Of a DNA stretch of 49,194 nucleotides, positions 47,777-49,194 are shown one piece after another. Position numbers and translations under genes: made by a program. Origin of the DNA: an uncultured Ruminococcus sp. (GTDB lineage Bacteria; Bacillota; Clostridia; Oscillospirales; CAG-272); contig CAZVVM010000001.1 of the NCBI GenBank assembly GCA_964630635.1, forward strand, positions 1,053 to 50,246, written 5' to 3'. The notes beneath the pieces were generated by a model that ran no database searches, was not told the DNA's origin, and saw nothing but the letters and a program-made list of their open reading frames with translations. Numbering within the stretch: position 1 is the first letter of the stretch; the number at the start of each line of letters is the position of its first letter.

Positions 47777-49194
47777 ATGATTAAAACAGTTGCAGAACTT
47801 AACGCTCTTCGTGAGCAGGTTCTTCATACCATCGCTCTCCGCGGTGATGAAAAGCTTGCATCCGTAAAGTGCGATTACAAGAGAAACGTTCTTGTCTGTG
47901 GCGGTACGGGTTGTACCTCGTCGAACAGTCTCAAGATCGTTGAAGCGCTTAAGCGCGAGATCGCGGCAAACGGCATCGAGAACGAAGTTAAGGTAGTTAC
48001 TACCGGATGCTTCGGACTTTGCGCACTCGGCCCGATCATGATAGTTTACCCCGAGGGAAGCTTCTATTCTATGGTCAACGTAGATGATATTCCCGAGATC
48101 GTAAAGGAACACTTCGTAAACGGCAACGTCGTAACGAGACTTCTTTACGCAGAGACCGTCGGTGAGGGCGGAAAGATCAAGTCTCTCAATGAGACTGACT
48201 TCTACCGTAAGCAAATCCGCGTTGCTCTCCGTAACTGCGGCGTTATCGACCCCGAGGACGTAAACGAATATGTTGCCCGTGACGGTTACCAGGCACTCGC
48301 TAAGTGTCTTACCGAGCTTACTCCCGATCAGGTTATCCAGATTGTATCCGATTCCGGACTCCGCGGACGTGGAGGCGGCGGATTCCCGACCGGCCGTAAG
48401 TGGGCACTTTGCGCTCCCAATAAGGCAGATCAGAAGTACGTCGTTTGTAACGCAGACGAGGGCGACCCCGGAGCGTTCATGGACCGTTCGGTTCTCGAGG
48501 GCGACCCCCACTGCCTTATCGAGGCAATGGCTATCGCAGGTTATGCAGTCGGCGCAACTCAAGGTTACGTTTATGTAAGAGCTGAGTACCCGATAGCTGT
48601 TACCCGTCTTCAGAAGGCAATAGTAGATGCAAGAGAAAAAGGACTTCTCGGAAAGAATATTTTCGGAATCGGCTTCGACTTTGATATGGATATCCGTCTC
48701 GGCGCAGGCGCATTCGTCTGCGGTGAGGAAACCGCTCTTATGACCTCTATCGAGGGTAACAGAGGCGAGCCCCGTCCCCGTCCTCCTTTCCCGGCAGTTA
48801 AGGGTCTGTTCGGCAAGCCCACCGTTGAAAACAACGTTGAGACCTTCGCAAACGTTCCTCAGATCATCCTCAAGGGTGCTGAATGGTTCGCATCGATGGG
48901 TACTCCTACCGCAAAGGGTACTAAGGTATTTGCTCTCGGCGGTAAGATCGAGCACACCGGTCTTGTTGAGATCCCGATGGGTACGACCCTTCGCGAGATC
49001 GTTGAAGAGATCGGCGGCGGCATCCCGAACGGCAAGTCCTTTAAGGCAGCTCAGGCGGGTGGACCTTCCGGCGGATGTATTCCCGCGTCTCTTATCGACA
49101 CTCCCGTTGACTACGATAACCTTACCGCAGTCGGTTGTATGATCGGCTCCGGCGGACTTATCGCAATGGACGAGGACACCTGTATGGTCGATAT
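47777..49194 (+). CDS. NuoF-like NAD(P)H/FMN-binding flavoprotein subunit (HydB/HndC type), 3' end outside the window; absent from the supplied ORF track
   Basis: My hand translation from the ATG at 47777 (AGGAGG RBS) is open to the window end (472 codons). It shows an N-terminal thioredoxin-like 2Fe-2S domain (VLVCGGTGCTSS...GCFGLCALGP), then GLRGRGGGGFPTGRKW, NADEGDPGAFMDR and CGEETALMTSIEG, all NuoF hallmarks. Confidence 0.9.
   Translation, partial: MIKTVAELNALREQVLHTIALRGDEKLASVKCDYKRNVLVCGGTGCTSSNSLKIVEALKREIAANGIENEVKVVTTGCFGLCALGPIMIVYPEGSFYSMVNVDDIPEIVKEHFVNGNVVTRLLYAETVGEGGKIKSLNETDFYRKQIRVALRNCGVIDPEDVNEYVARDGYQALAKCLTELTPDQVIQIVSDSGLRGRGGGGFPTGRKWALCAPNKADQKYVVCNADEGDPGAFMDRSVLEGDPHCLIEAMAIAGYAVGATQGYVYVRAEYPIAVTRLQKAIVDAREKGLLGKNIFGIGFDFDMDIRLGAGAFVCGEETALMTSIEGNRGEPRPRPPFPAVKGLFGKPTVENNVETFANVPQIILKGAEWFASMGTPTAKGTKVFALGGKIEHTGLVEIPMGTTLREIVEEIGGGIPNGKSFKAAQAGGPSGGCIPASLIDTPVDYDNLTAVGCMIGSGGLIAMDEDTCMVD

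Noticed and set aside
47753-48955. A 400-aa minus-strand ORF in the supplied track.
   Set aside because: It lies antisense to an uninterrupted plus-strand frame with unmistakable NuoF motifs (GRGGGGFPTGRKW, CGEETALMTSIEG). Its own translation is low-complexity and has no recognisable motif or RBS. It is a shadow ORF.

Overview
This 49.2 kb window looks like core chromosome of a spore-forming Firmicute (Clostridia; Oscillospiraceae/Ruminococcaceae-like by inference from spoVA genes, single-chain PurL, HydABC-type NuoE/NuoF genes and a dockerin-bearing protein). Coding density is high. I found no rRNA, tRNA, CRISPR array, transposase, integrase or phage genes.

Gene content, left to right:
- purD (5' truncated), purL, fhs and an alpha/beta hydrolase.
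- On the minus strand, an operon of two ABC half-transporters plus a geranylgeranyl-reductase-like flavoprotein.
- birA, an ArsB/NhaD-type permease, galT and a zinc-ribbon membrane protein.
- spoVAD-spoVAEb.
- A Gfo/Idh/MocA oxidoreductase divergent from an AraC regulator.
- A small DUF3006-like ORF that is missing from the supplied ORF track.
- ligA-obg, then groES-groEL with a perfect CIRCE operator.
- A second ABC half-transporter pair.
- A TrpR-like YerC-family gene heading a complete 10-gene histidine operon (hisZGDCBHAF-IE plus a PHP-type phosphatase).
- A 1432-aa secreted multidomain M23 peptidase ending in a dockerin.
- An LtaS-family sulfatase-fold membrane enzyme translationally coupled to a small His/Asp-motif protein.
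- A Dabb-domain protein, the CCA-adding enzyme and a small hypothetical protein.
- The first two genes (NuoE-like, NuoF-like) of a flavin-based hydrogenase or dehydrogenase module, running off the 3' edge.

Several track ORFs carry artificial N-terminal extensions. Many long antisense ORFs are artefacts, and one real gene (NuoF-like, 47777 to the window end) is absent from the track because it has no stop in the window.

I do not see convincing evidence for a wholly new multi-gene system. The observations most worth follow-up are:
- the dockerin-tethered M23 peptidase;
- the candidate YerC/HisR operator overlapping the his promoter;
- the ATT-initiated small ORF with its own consensus promoter;
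- the LtaS-like/His-Asp-motif gene pair;
- the spoVA operon lacking spoVAC.

All functional calls come from reading the translations by eye. No database search was run.
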